This document shows, piece after piece, positions 37,810 to 48,100 of a stretch of 64,000 nucleotides of DNA (positions within the stretch are counted from its first letter, which is position 1; each line of letters begins with the position of its first letter). Both the position numbers and the translations under genes were made by a program. The stretch comes from an uncultured Candidatus Saccharibacteria bacterium (GTDB taxonomy: Bacteria; Patescibacteriota; Minisyncoccia; Phycocordibacterales; Zambryskibacteraceae). Below the pieces are notes generated by a model, which was not told the origin of the DNA, searched no databases, and worked only from the letters and a program-made list of their open reading frames with translations. The stretch lies in the NCBI GenBank assembly GCA_964355645.1, contig CAYHDI010000002.1:92522-156521 (forward strand). Reading direction: 5' to 3'.

Positions 37810-37834
37810 GATTATATTGTACCTCGAAAAACTA

Positions 37835-39616
37835 TTATTGAAGTATGGCTTTGATTCTTCGTACTCCCGCAGAGACTGCTTCTTCTTTAGTAATCTTGAA
37901 AGTTTCTAATTCGGAAGTGTTTGTGATGTGTGGTCCACCACAAAATTCTTTGGACCATGCTGACTCAAGCGAATCACCAATATAATAAATTGAGACTTGG
38001 TCAGGATATTTCTGATCGAAGAAATGTCTGGCCCCGGTCTTCTCCGCTTCAGCTTTGTCCAACACCGAGTGTTGGACAGGCACAGCGTCTTTAATTTTCT
38101 GGTTCACTATATCTTCAACCTTTTGCTTTTCTTCATCAGTTAGTTTGCGAGGAAAAGAAAAATCGAAGCGCAATCTTTCGGTGTTTATATTCGAGCCTTT
38201 TTGCCCAACCTCATCCCCTAAAACATCATGCAGGGCTTGGTGAAGCATGTGCGTCGCAGTATGGTATTTAATCTCAATGTCTGAATGTCCAGCCAATCCC
38301 CCTTTGAATTTCTGCTCAGCACCTGCACGAGACAAATTTTGATGAGCTTTAAATTTCTCTTGAAAATCACTTTCATTTATTTGAATCCCTTTTTCTTTGG
38401 CCAATTCTTTGGTTAGTTCAAAAGGAAAACCGTATGTAGTGAATAGAGCGAAAGCATCTGTGCCTCTCTCGAATTCTTTTAATCCGGCTTTCAGCGTTTC
38501 TCTAAATTTGTTTTCTTCGTTCATCACAACATCATGAATAAGCGCACGCTTCGCTTCAAGCTCTGGATATACAGATAAACAAGCGTTGATAACACCTTGA
38601 GTAGCCAAATATCCAAGTTCCTGATTTCTGATGTTTAATCTATCTGCGTTCAAAACTGCTCGTCGCAAGAGACGACGCAAGACATAACCTCGATCAGTGT
38701 TTGAAGGTAAAACTCCATCAGCAATCATAAAGACGGCTGCCCGAAGATGGTCCGCTACAATTCTTTTATATTTAGCTTCATTTTCGGGTGTAAGATTTTT
38801 CTTCTCGTAAATTTGTGAATCTATTTCAGAAAAAATATGTTCAAAGATGTCTGTATCATAAGCAGTTTTCTTGCCTTGCATGACCGTGGTCATTCTTTCT
38901 AAGCCAGCACCGGTATCTACATTTTTGTTTTTTAATTTGCCGATTACTTTTCCATCTTTCTTTTCGTATTCCATAAACACATCATTCCAGATCTCAACAA
39001 CTGTTTCTGCCTTTACTGCTTTCAAAAAATCATCATGAGACAAATCACCCAGACTGTTTCCAGTCAGGTCATAAAACATTTCAGTGTCTGGACCGCATGG
39101 ACCATCATCCCCAGCGCTCCACCAGTTGTCTTCGGCTCCAAGAAAATAAATTCTATTTTCTGGTATTCCGGTTTTTTTCCAGATTTCTGCTGATTCGATA
39201 TCCTTTGGAGCGTTTTCATCTCCTTCAAAACAAGTTATATAAAGATTGTTTTTATCAAGACCAAGGCCTTCTTCCTTATTGGTCAAAAATTCAAAGCTCC
39301 AGGGAATCGCTTCTTCTTTAAAATAATCTCCCAGAGACCAATTCCCCATCATTTCGAAAAAGGTCAGGTGCCTGTTGTCGCCCACATCATCAATATCTCC
39401 AGTCCGAATACATTTTTGAATATTAACCAATCTCTTCCCTTCCGGATGCTCCTGTCCTAAGAGATAAGGTATGAGCGGCTGCATTCCAGCACTGTTAAAA
39501 AGAGTCTTTTGAGTCGCAGACACTTCCGCAGGAATAAGCGAGGCCGAAGGAATTTCCGCATGTCCTCTTTTGACAAAAAAATCTATAAACCTACGACGAA
39601 TTTCAGCTGAATTCAT
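37835..39616 (-). CDS. alaS: alanine--tRNA ligase (short, no C-Ala domain)
   Basis: SAGMQP, HLTFFEM.GN, DTGAGLER, HTATH, CGGPH. Confidence 0.97.
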   Translation of the reverse strand: MNSAEIRRRFIDFFVKRGHAEIPSASLIPAEVSATQKTLFNSAGMQPLIPYLLGQEHPEGKRLVNIQKCIRTGDIDDVGDNRHLTFFEMMGNWSLGDYFKEEAIPWSFEFLTNKEEGLGLDKNNLYITCFEGDENAPKDIESAEIWKKTGIPENRIYFLGAEDNWWSAGDDGPCGPDTEMFYDLTGNSLGDLSHDDFLKAVKAETVVEIWNDVFMEYEKKDGKVIGKLKNKNVDTGAGLERMTTVMQGKKTAYDTDIFEHIFSEIDSQIYEKKNLTPENEAKYKRIVADHLRAAVFMIADGVLPSNTDRGYVLRRLLRRAVLNADRLNIRNQELGYLATQGVINACLSVYPELEAKRALIHDVVMNEENKFRETLKAGLKEFERGTDAFALFTTYGFPFELTKELAKEKGIQINESDFQEKFKAHQNLSRAGAEQKFKGGLAGHSDIEIKYHTATHMLHQALHDVLGDEVGQKGSNINTERLRFDFSFPRKLTDEEKQKVEDIVNQKIKDAVPVQHSVLDKAEAEKTGARHFFDQKYPDQVSIYYIGDSLESAWSKEFCGGPHITNTSELETFKITKEEAVSAGVRRIKAILQ

Positions 39617-39634
39617 AGGTAGAATATAACACAA

Positions 39635-40231
39635 TTAGATTAAGGTTTTCAGTACCTTGAAATCTTCCATTAAGGTTTCCTTGGTATGCTGATTATAAAT
39701 GGCCACTGCGGGATGATAGAGGGGTACCACTTTCACTTTCTCACCAGAGATCTCAGTTTCGAAAACTTTACCGTGTAGTGAGCTAATCGGTCCTAATTCA
39801 AAATCTAATCTATAGCGATTCATGATGTATTGCATCGAGAAGCGTCCAAGAGTAGCTAGTACTTTCGGTTTAATGATTTCAATTTGCCTATCAAGAAACG
39901 GCGCATAAATTTCTATTTCCTCGGGCAATGGGTCACGATTCTTCGGGGGGCGGTCTTTCACAATATTCGTGATATATACCGATTCACGAGGAATTTTAAT
40001 CGAGGCCAGAAATTCATCCAAGAGTTTTCCTGAACGACCGCAGAATGGTCGGCCTGTTTTCGCTTCGTTTTCCCCAGGTGCTTCACCAATAAACATAATC
40101 TGAGCGAAATGGTCTCCTTCGCCTATCACTGGGAAAACATTATTTTTTATTCTTTCAGCGTACAAAGGTGAAGCCTCAAGCTTCAGTACCTCCTCTTTTA
40201 TTTGTTTTAATTTCTCCGTTCGATCGTCCAT
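39635..40231 (-). CDS. uracil-DNA glycosylase family 4
   Basis: FIGEAPG..E..TGRPF.G, RPP.NRDP, YHP. Confidence 0.93.
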   Translation of the reverse strand: MDDRTEKLKQIKEEVLKLEASPLYAERIKNNVFPVIGEGDHFAQIMFIGEAPGENEAKTGRPFCGRSGKLLDEFLASIKIPRESVYITNIVKDRPPKNRDPLPEEIEIYAPFLDRQIEIIKPKVLATLGRFSMQYIMNRYRLDFELGPISSLHGKVFETEISGEKVKVVPLYHPAVAIYNQHTKETLMEDFKVLKTLI

Positions 40232-40236
40232 TAAGA

Positions 40237-40707
40237 TTATGAATCAGATTTTCGCAAACCGTTTCTGGTAATTTTGTGTTCAAGAAACCAAAGAATGGTG
40301 AAAGCGAAAAGAGTGACCACTGTAGTGAAAAATGCAATTGAAATAAAACCATACCCGACCGCTGCTCCTATCCCAGCCGTAATCCAAAGCCCAGCGGCGG
40401 TGGTAATACCTGAGGCATGGTCATGATTGTGTTCGTGATTATGTAGAATCGCTCCCCCACCAATAAATCCAATACCCATAATAAGTCCTTGGAGTACATA
40501 CATGAGTCCGGGTGATCCGGGATCAAGGACTGGAGCCATCATTTGACTAAGAACAACAAACAAACACGCACCCATAGAAACTAAACCGTAAGTTCTCATC
40601 CCGGCCGGCTTGCCAGCAAACGAACGTTCAATTCCTAAAAGTACACCCAAAAACAAAGCTACAAGAATTTGAAAATAAACCGAATGAACAAAAATTGTTG
40701 TAGTCAT
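40237..40707 (-). CDS. MgtC/SapB family membrane protein
   Basis: GIER..AG.RTY.LV..GA, GIGFIGGG, G.TTAA.LW. Confidence 0.92.
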   Translation of the reverse strand: MTTTIFVHSVYFQILVALFLGVLLGIERSFAGKPAGMRTYGLVSMGACLFVVLSQMMAPVLDPGSPGLMYVLQGLIMGIGFIGGGAILHNHEHNHDHASGITTAAGLWITAGIGAAVGYGFISIAFFTTVVTLFAFTILWFLEHKITRNGLRKSDS

Positions 40708-40708
40708 A

Positions 40709-41413
40709 TTAAATTTCTTTTATTTTTAAAATTTCAAGAAGCCTCGGACTCGATTCAATCATGTCTTGAAGATTGCCGTGTTCCGGATAGTTCCATCCTA
40801 TCATAGTCAATTTTTGACACTCACCATAGTGAATAGCTGTGGATGAAAATTTAGTATTAGTAATAAGCCATCCTTCAGTTAATTTTCTATCCTTGCCTCC
40901 AAAGTTAAAGACGCTTTCTCTCAAATCATCAAAACGAGCCTTCACATACAAAACTACTTTTAAATCTGATTTGATACCAAGCTCGTTGTGAAATTTGGCC
41001 TCAGCCATAATTAATTTCTCATCATTCCAGGCCACTACATCCATCTCATGAGGCACACAAGCTCCGAGCACTTCCTGATCAGTCAAGGTTTCAAAACCTT
41101 TGTCCTTGAAATATTCAGCGATAAATTTCTCAAACGGAAATCCTGTCGGCCCGAGCTCCATGACTGCTCGACGAAGAGCATAGCGCATGGCCACGGGCTC
41201 TTTCCATTTGTGAAGAACATTAAATGCGTGTTTATAAATATCCGTGGTCGTCATTCCATCATGAAGCTCTGGTTCAATATGAATCAAAACATCTTCTACT
41301 GCTTCATCTGTGGCTCCGGAACGAAGCATTGATGAGCGTAGTTTTTCTTCATTAAAAAGTTCTCGTTGCCCGCTCGCTTTGACAACAAATATCTGTTTAT
41401 TCGCTATAGACAT
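40709..41413 (-). CDS. ATP-cone domain fused to Mrr-like PD-(D/E)xK nuclease domain
   Basis: VKASG..E.F...KL..S; GFPFE, HEMDV, EAK, ITNTKF. Confidence 0.8.
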   Translation of the reverse strand: MSIANKQIFVVKASGQRELFNEEKLRSSMLRSGATDEAVEDVLIHIEPELHDGMTTTDIYKHAFNVLHKWKEPVAMRYALRRAVMELGPTGFPFEKFIAEYFKDKGFETLTDQEVLGACVPHEMDVVAWNDEKLIMAEAKFHNELGIKSDLKVVLYVKARFDDLRESVFNFGGKDRKLTEGWLITNTKFSSTAIHYGECQKLTMIGWNYPEHGNLQDMIESSPRLLEILKIKEI

Positions 41414-41420
41414 AAAGTTA

Positions 41421-42470
41421 TTATAGCTTAATTTTGTTGATTATTGCTCCACCCAAACATTCTTCTCCATCGTAGAAAACAATAGATTGTCCCGAGGCCA
41501 CCGTTTGAGGTTCGCTAAAAATTACCTTGCCGCCGTCGACCTTTACTTTAAATTTCTTTTGCCTATATCTAATCCTACCCCATAGGTCAGACCTCTGTGG
41601 TTTAGTAATCCAATTAATATCCTTTATTTTAATTTCTCTCGTCGCGTGAGAATTAATTTCTATAGGATTATTTGAGACAGTAATAGTATTGTTCTCCATA
41701 CTCTTTGAGACAACATAAAACGGTTTTGAATTCGTATCTTTTTTTAAAATTTCAAATCCGTGTCTTTCCCCCACAGTGTAGTAGATAGCACCTTTATGTA
41801 GACCAATGATCTCGCCCTTAGTATTCAAAACATCTCCGGATTTAATCTTTAGAAAGTGAGGCAAAAAGGTTTCTAAATCAACATCACCAAGAAAACAAAT
41901 GCCCTGACTATCTTTCTTCTCGGCCACGGAGATTCCAAACTTCTTGGCCAACTTGCGAACTTCTGATTTCTCTAAATGGCCTATCGGGAAAAGTACGTGG
42001 GATAAATCTTCATGAGTCAAAGTCCACAGAAAATAGGACTGATCTTTTTCTTTGTCTTTTCCTTCTTTTAAAACTTTTGACTTTTGACTTTCAACTATCT
42101 GAGCGTAATGCCCCGTGGCAATAAAATTTGCACCCATTTCTTTCGCCTTTTCCCAAAAGATTCCAAATTTTATTTCCCTGTTGCAAAGGACATCTGGATT
42201 CGGAGTTCGACCCGCCTCATATTCTTTAATCATTAAATCTACTACCCCCTTTTTGTATTCGCGAGCAAAATCAAAAAACAAAAAAGGTATATCAAGCTTG
42301 GCTGCTACCCGCATGGCATCTCTGCGTTCGTCTCTCCATGTACAAGGCAGAAAATCAGGACTCCAAACTTTGATAAACACTCCTGTCACATCAAATCCTT
42401 GTTGTTTTAATAAAGCCGCGCTCACGGCCGAATCTACTCCACCGGATAATCCAACAAAGACTTTTTTCAT
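41421..42470 (-). CDS. mnmA: tRNA 2-thiouridylase MnmA
   Basis: SGGVDS, PNPD..CN..IKF, ATGHYA, KDQSYFL, SQGICF. Confidence 0.97.
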   Translation of the reverse strand: MKKVFVGLSGGVDSAVSAALLKQQGFDVTGVFIKVWSPDFLPCTWRDERRDAMRVAAKLDIPFLFFDFAREYKKGVVDLMIKEYEAGRTPNPDVLCNREIKFGIFWEKAKEMGANFIATGHYAQIVESQKSKVLKEGKDKEKDQSYFLWTLTHEDLSHVLFPIGHLEKSEVRKLAKKFGISVAEKKDSQGICFLGDVDLETFLPHFLKIKSGDVLNTKGEIIGLHKGAIYYTVGERHGFEILKKDTNSKPFYVVSKSMENNTITVSNNPIEINSHATREIKIKDINWITKPQRSDLWGRIRYRQKKFKVKVDGGKVIFSEPQTVASGQSIVFYDGEECLGGAIINKIKL

Positions 42471-43360
42471 TATTTGTTCAAATATAGTGCCCTGTTTGTT
42501 TGATGTTCGTCAAACGTCTTCGCATAATACACCTTTCCCTTTTTATCAGTTAGAAAATAAAGGAATGAAGAAGCCGTAGGGTGGATAGCGGCCACGATAC
42601 TTTCTAATCCAGGATTTGAGATTGGCTCTTTCGGGAAACCTCTGTGATTATATGTTTCTAAAGACGAATCGACTTGTAGGGGCATACCAATTTTTAATCG
42701 TTTCCATAAAATTCCAGAAACAATAGACCTATCCTTGCTTGTGCGAGTTTCTGATTCAATGATTGAGGCCATAATAATGATGTCGTTTAAATTGTGGTTT
42801 GAATTTTTTATTTCTGTGCTCAATTTAAATGTTTTATTATCAAAATTGTTTCTTAAAAGTTTAATAGTAGAGGATGCTGTGGCTCCAACTTCAATGAAAT
42901 AAGTATCGGGGAACAAAAAGCCTTGTGGAGCTAAGGAGAGAAATTCTTGGTGGTCAAATTTTAAAAATCTTTGATCAAACAAGTCGGAAATTTCTTGGTT
43001 CGTAAATCCTTCAGGAATAGTAATCCTGACAGTCTCAATTCCTCGATTAGCTGTGGCAATTCTAAGGGCCACAGTGAAAACATTTTGCTCTCGTTCAAAA
43101 TAATAATCCCCGGCTTTCATCCCCCTTTCTCCACCAACACTGATGGCTGACATTCTAAACCAAAGTGGTGAACGAATGATGTGTTTGGTCTCAAGTTCGT
43201 TCGCCAATTGATCAAGATTTATTCCTTCTTCAACAGTGAAAATACTATTTTTTGGGAAATTGTCTGGAGGAGTAATGAAAAAAACATATGCCGAAATCAA
43301 AATCGCCAGAAAGACAAGTCCCAATGCTTGCCAACCTTTTTTGGTATAAATAATATCCAT
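42470..43360 (-). CDS. mltG: endolytic transglycosylase MltG (short)
   Basis: TIPEG, G.LFPDTY, ASIIE.E, PI.NPG, YLYF-like motif. Confidence 0.9.
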   Translation of the reverse strand: MDIIYTKKGWQALGLVFLAILISAYVFFITPPDNFPKNSIFTVEEGINLDQLANELETKHIIRSPLWFRMSAISVGGERGMKAGDYYFEREQNVFTVALRIATANRGIETVRITIPEGFTNQEISDLFDQRFLKFDHQEFLSLAPQGFLFPDTYFIEVGATASSTIKLLRNNFDNKTFKLSTEIKNSNHNLNDIIIMASIIESETRTSKDRSIVSGILWKRLKIGMPLQVDSSLETYNHRGFPKEPISNPGLESIVAAIHPTASSFLYFLTDKKGKVYYAKTFDEHQTNRALYLNK

Positions 43361-43366
43361 TATTGA

Positions 43367-44614
43367 TTAAATCGGAAGATTTGATGGGGCCTCGGCTCGC
43401 TTCGAAGGTACTCGAGCAAGGGTCGGCGTAGCCGCCACGACGTAGCTCGGGAAATGAAACAAAGTGGCCAATTCTTCTGTGGTTAAAATAAACGGTTTAC
43501 CATGATAATTTTTAAAGGGAACATTAAAAAATGATCTGCGTTTATAGGCTTCGAGGAGTTCCTTTTCGTTCTTTCTACGACGACTTCCTTTGAAATCCTG
43601 CCACACATAATCATAAGCCGCTTTATAATCCGGACGAATACCATTCAGAGTTTGAGAATTAAATTGAGCGAAACTTCCGAGAAGTCCACCAATGTTGGCC
43701 ACATTAAATTGATCCTTTTCGGCAAAGTAAGCTCCCCGAATCATAGCATCGAATGGATATTTGGCTGCTGTTCGTTCTATGGCAGCAATCACTTCGGTTT
43801 GGCCTTTAGAAAGGTTAAGAGAAGTGGGATTTTTCTGATCTTCCGTCTTCATGGTCGCCTTTTTGATAATATCTTTGATTTCACTTTCAATTCCCGTTTT
43901 CCAATTTGGTTTAGGAATGATTCTTCCGTGGAGCAAACCCTCCTTGGCATGCGGTTGAATCAAAATTTGAATCCAGGCTTGCTCACCAGCTTTGAGTGAA
44001 CCTAGATATTCGAGGACTGCGACAATCGGATCATGTTTGTATTCTTCCTTGGCATCCTTGTCTAAACCATAATCAATATAAGTTTTAATTGGATAGGCAT
44101 CGGCCTTGGTCAGGGCAAACTGTCCAATCCAACCGAAAGAATATTTTGTAAGGTCGTGGTGCACACCGAGGGCATAATCAGAGACTTCATGTACTTCGAT
44201 ATTCGGGAATTGAGCGTAGAGTTGTGTTTCCACTCGACTTTTAAAATTTTTGTGACACCAAATATAGAAATGAACTTGTCCCCCGAGTGAAACGAGCTCC
44301 AAAGAGAACCAGGGGCGAATTCTGCCTTTCAAGTAGACGTCGAGTAGATTCCCAACACTGGCATTCGTGCCATACAAACTATTCAAAAATAATTCCATTG
44401 AGAGCGGAGATTTAAACATTTCACGCGGAATTTTGATTTCAAGCAGAGCCGAACCTTGAGCGTTTATATATTCTCGCCTTTTGTATTTAATCCAAAATTC
44501 AAGCCAAATCCAAACAAGCGCAAGCGGAATCCAAATCGGGGCGAGAGCCCAAATATAATGCCAAACTTGAAGCGAAACCGGATTATTTAAGAGAGAGATA
44601 AATTGTTCGAGCAT
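43367..44614 (-). CDS. conserved CPR protein homologous to the N-terminal region of the 1427-4159 ATPase
   Basis: LEIKIP, ME.F, FSLE, YP.KTY..Y..D, L..EELATLFHFP. Confidence 0.7.
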   Translation of the reverse strand: MLEQFISLLNNPVSLQVWHYIWALAPIWIPLALVWIWLEFWIKYKRREYINAQGSALLEIKIPREMFKSPLSMELFLNSLYGTNASVGNLLDVYLKGRIRPWFSLELVSLGGQVHFYIWCHKNFKSRVETQLYAQFPNIEVHEVSDYALGVHHDLTKYSFGWIGQFALTKADAYPIKTYIDYGLDKDAKEEYKHDPIVAVLEYLGSLKAGEQAWIQILIQPHAKEGLLHGRIIPKPNWKTGIESEIKDIIKKATMKTEDQKNPTSLNLSKGQTEVIAAIERTAAKYPFDAMIRGAYFAEKDQFNVANIGGLLGSFAQFNSQTLNGIRPDYKAAYDYVWQDFKGSRRRKNEKELLEAYKRRSFFNVPFKNYHGKPFILTTEELATLFHFPSYVVAATPTLARVPSKRAEAPSNLPI

Positions 44615-44624
44615 CCCCTACATT

Positions 44625-45662
44625 CTACACGATGTGGTATTTGTTGTCTTTGTCCTTTTTGAAGAACTTGTTGTTTTGGAGATTGACCATAATAGTATTC
44701 TCCTTCACATAGCGTTCTTTCAGAACCTTTTCGATAATTCTATCTTTGGATAGTGGGCCTTCCTTCTCGATGATTTTCTTAATCACATCCTTGACCACCC
44801 CAGACATATAGCCCCATTCAGCGAGAGCGTACAATCCTCGACCAACCAGCACGAAGCGCGGGTCTTTAATCAATTCGTTGTGAGTAGTGGCCACGTGAGC
44901 CTTCTTGTCAAAGTATTGAGAAATAGCTTTGGCCACTTCCTTAAAGTGGATTGGGGAGCCGTGCTTGCGAATCACTAGAAAGGCATAGTCCCTCATTCCT
45001 TTCGCATTAACATTTGAAGACGAAGTTTTTCCCCATTCACCCAAAGGATTCTTGCCTATTTTGTGTGAAATTGAAAGCCAGCGTTTGATGACTTCTTCGT
45101 TCTTGTACTTCTCATTCACCTCCTTGATTTCATCAAGAAAATTGTTTATCAAATCTCCTTCAAGTACTAATTCATCATCAGAAAGCTTGCTATAGAGTTT
45201 GCGAATGGCATTTTGAATTTTCTTGGCCAGTTCGGGATCCACATGCCATCTGTGTTTAAATTCTTCGTCTTCCTTTTCTCGTTTAAATTCTTCTCCGATG
45301 ACTAAAAGAAAATTGATATGATTTTGAGTGGCTGGGTCTTTCGAAAGGTGTTTGAGTAAATCCTTCTCGCTGATGATTCCCCCAAGTTCGAAGATAAGGG
45401 CTTTGAGTTCTGAAAAAATATTTTGAGTATCTTTGTATTCCTTAGATTTTCGAATAGCTATAACCGAATGATTTTCAATCTGACGAACTCGTTCACGAGT
45501 AATACCATATTTCTTGCCTATGGCATCAAGGGTCATCCTGGTAGACTTTGGACCGAGTCCATATCGACTCTCTACCACGTCTCGACCTCGTTTATTCAGA
45601 ATACTAAGCAAGTGCTTGGTGGCCTGTTTTGGTTTAAAACTTAGATTGATTTTTTCGCTCAT
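44625..45662 (-). CDS. sigma-70 region 4 HTH + HARE-HTH domain protein
   Basis: TL.AIG..YG.TRERVRQIE; TTHNELIKD.RFVLVGRGLYAL.EWGY. Confidence 0.85.
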   Translation of the reverse strand: MSEKINLSFKPKQATKHLLSILNKRGRDVVESRYGLGPKSTRMTLDAIGKKYGITRERVRQIENHSVIAIRKSKEYKDTQNIFSELKALIFELGGIISEKDLLKHLSKDPATQNHINFLLVIGEEFKREKEDEEFKHRWHVDPELAKKIQNAIRKLYSKLSDDELVLEGDLINNFLDEIKEVNEKYKNEEVIKRWLSISHKIGKNPLGEWGKTSSSNVNAKGMRDYAFLVIRKHGSPIHFKEVAKAISQYFDKKAHVATTHNELIKDPRFVLVGRGLYALAEWGYMSGVVKDVIKKIIEKEGPLSKDRIIEKVLKERYVKENTIMVNLQNNKFFKKDKDNKYHIV

Positions 45663-45745
45663 AATGGTTTATATGCTATTTGTATCACTTGACGAACTTT
45701 GTGTCAAGTTCCTCCATCCGCCAGCTGGCGGATTCAATTGTTGGA

Positions 45746-48100
45746 CTATACCACAATGTTGACAATTTTGCCAAGGACCACAATGACCTTCTTCGGAGGC
45801 TCCCCACCGAGCCATTTGGCAAGCTCTGGGAGGGCTAAAACAGCCCTCCTGACCTCAGCTTCAGAAGTATCGGTCTTTTGCTTAAAAGTGGTTCGAAGTT
45901 TGCCGTTAACTTGAATTCCAATAATCACTTCCTCATCTTCAATTTGGTTCTCCTCGAAGTCAGGCCAGGACTCAAACACGATGGATTCCTGGTGACCCAA
46001 TTCATTCCACAGTTCTTCAGTGATATGCGGAGCAAACGGATATAAAAGTTTAATGAGAATTTCAAATTCATTTTGAGAAATTTCTGTTTGCTTTTCTAAA
46101 GCGTTCACCAGAATCATCAAAGAAGAAACAGCGGTGTTGAAACCCATAAGTTCAATGTCCTCAGTGACTTTCTTGATTGTTTTGTTAACTAGCGGAGAAG
46201 ATACAACTTTATCGAGAGAAATCTGGTCATGCTTTCCAAGGGAAACATCCGAAGATTTCTTGAGAGGAAGTTGTATCTTATCTTTAATCTTCCAAACTCT
46301 CTCAAGAAATCTTCGCGGACCCACGAGTGAATCCTCGTTCCAACTAATTGCTTGTTCAAACGGCCCCATAAACATTTCATACAAACGAAGCGTGTCTGCG
46401 CCGAAACGATTCACAATATCATCCGGGTTTACTACATTGCCTCTCGATTTGCTCATCTTCTCTCCGTTCTCGGCGAGAATAAATCCGTGCGAGGTTCGTT
46501 TCAAATATGGTTCACTCGTCGGTACTAATCCGAGGTCAAACAAAAATTTATTCCAGAACCTTGAATACAAAAGGTGGAGAGTGGTGTGTTCCATTCCCCC
46601 ATTGTACCAATCCACCGGTGTCCAATGATCGAGTTTATTTCGTGAAGCAAATTCCTTATCATTCTTTGAGTCTGTATAACGCAGGAAATACCAACTTGAA
46701 CCGGCCCAGTTCGGCATAGTGTCTGTCTCGCGTTTCGCTTTGCCTCCGCATAGTGGACACTTGGTGTCCACAAAGCTCGAAATAGAGGCCAAGGGTGATT
46801 CTCCTGTGTCTGTGGGTTCATATTTGGCCACGTCTGGAAGTAGAACCGGCAAATCTTTCTCTGGTACAGGCACCATTCCACATTTTGAGCAATGAATTAC
46901 TGGGATAGGTTCACCCCAATATCGTTGTCTACTAAACACCCAATCACGAAGTTTGAAGGTAGTTTTCTTTTCTCCAAAATCTTCGAAACCTGCAACTTTG
47001 TAATTTTTGACAATTGGCAAATCAAACTTTTCCGCAAACTCCATGTCCCGTTCGTCATCTGCTGGAACAGCCATGATGGCTCCGGTGCCGTAGTGCGGGA
47101 GAACATAGTCTGCAATCCAAATTGGAATTTCTTCTTTCGTAGCCGGATTAATGGCTTTCACTCCTTTTAATTCCACACCAGTTTTTTCTTTGTCCCCTGT
47201 TCGATCAATTTCTGATTTCTTTTTTGTATCTTTAATATAATTTTCAACTTCTTCTTTGTTTTCTACTTTCAGCATTAAACTTTTCACCAATTCATGCTCC
47301 GGCGCCAACACCATATAAGTCGCACCGAAAATCGTATCTGGACGTGTGGTGAAGACTTTCACTTTTGACTTTTCACTTTTGACTTCAAATTCTATTTCCG
47401 CTCCCTCACTCCTCCCTATCCAATTTCTTTGACTTAACTTTACACGTTCAGGGAAATCCACGGTGTCTAAATCTTTGTCCAATCGGTCTGCGTATTTGGT
47501 GATAGCAAGCATCCATTGTTCCTTTTCCTTCTTTTCTACCGGTGTACCACATTTCTCACAACAACCATTTACCACTTCTTCGTTAGCTAAACCAATTTTA
47601 TCATTCGGGCACCAATTGATAGCAATCTTCGCCTTATAAGCCAAACCCTTTTCAAGAAGTTTAAGGAAAATCCACTGCGTCCATTTGTAATACTTTGGAT
47701 CAGTTGTATTCACTTCACGTGACCAATCGAAAGAAAATCCCAACGATTTTAATTGCTTGCGAAAATTATCCGTGTTTTCTTTGGTAATCTCGGCGGGTGG
47801 TCTTCCAGTTTTGATGGCATAACTTTCTGTAGGCAACCCGAAAGCATCCCAACCCATTGGATAAAGTACTTCATAGCCTTCCATTCTTCTCTTCCTTGAG
47901 ATTATGTCCAAAGCTGTATAACTTCTCGCATGTCCAATATGAAGACCATCACCGGATGGATACGGAAATTCTACCAAGGCGTAGTATTTAGGCTTTCCGC
48001 CGGCTGGCGGACGAGTATCACTTGCCTCAAAAAGTTTTTTGTCTTCCCAATATTTCTGCCACTTTGGTTCTATTTGTTTTGGATCGTAATCCTTAGACAT
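45746..48100 (-). CDS. leuS: leucine--tRNA ligase
   Basis: FPYPSG.GLHIGH, GWDAFGLP, SRQRYWGEP, KMSKS. Confidence 0.98.
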   Translation of the reverse strand: MSKDYDPKQIEPKWQKYWEDKKLFEASDTRPPAGGKPKYYALVEFPYPSGDGLHIGHARSYTALDIISRKRRMEGYEVLYPMGWDAFGLPTESYAIKTGRPPAEITKENTDNFRKQLKSLGFSFDWSREVNTTDPKYYKWTQWIFLKLLEKGLAYKAKIAINWCPNDKIGLANEEVVNGCCEKCGTPVEKKEKEQWMLAITKYADRLDKDLDTVDFPERVKLSQRNWIGRSEGAEIEFEVKSEKSKVKVFTTRPDTIFGATYMVLAPEHELVKSLMLKVENKEEVENYIKDTKKKSEIDRTGDKEKTGVELKGVKAINPATKEEIPIWIADYVLPHYGTGAIMAVPADDERDMEFAEKFDLPIVKNYKVAGFEDFGEKKTTFKLRDWVFSRQRYWGEPIPVIHCSKCGMVPVPEKDLPVLLPDVAKYEPTDTGESPLASISSFVDTKCPLCGGKAKRETDTMPNWAGSSWYFLRYTDSKNDKEFASRNKLDHWTPVDWYNGGMEHTTLHLLYSRFWNKFLFDLGLVPTSEPYLKRTSHGFILAENGEKMSKSRGNVVNPDDIVNRFGADTLRLYEMFMGPFEQAISWNEDSLVGPRRFLERVWKIKDKIQLPLKKSSDVSLGKHDQISLDKVVSSPLVNKTIKKVTEDIELMGFNTAVSSLMILVNALEKQTEISQNEFEILIKLLYPFAPHITEELWNELGHQESIVFESWPDFEENQIEDEEVIIGIQVNGKLRTTFKQKTDTSEAEVRRAVLALPELAKWLGGEPPKKVIVVLGKIVNIVV

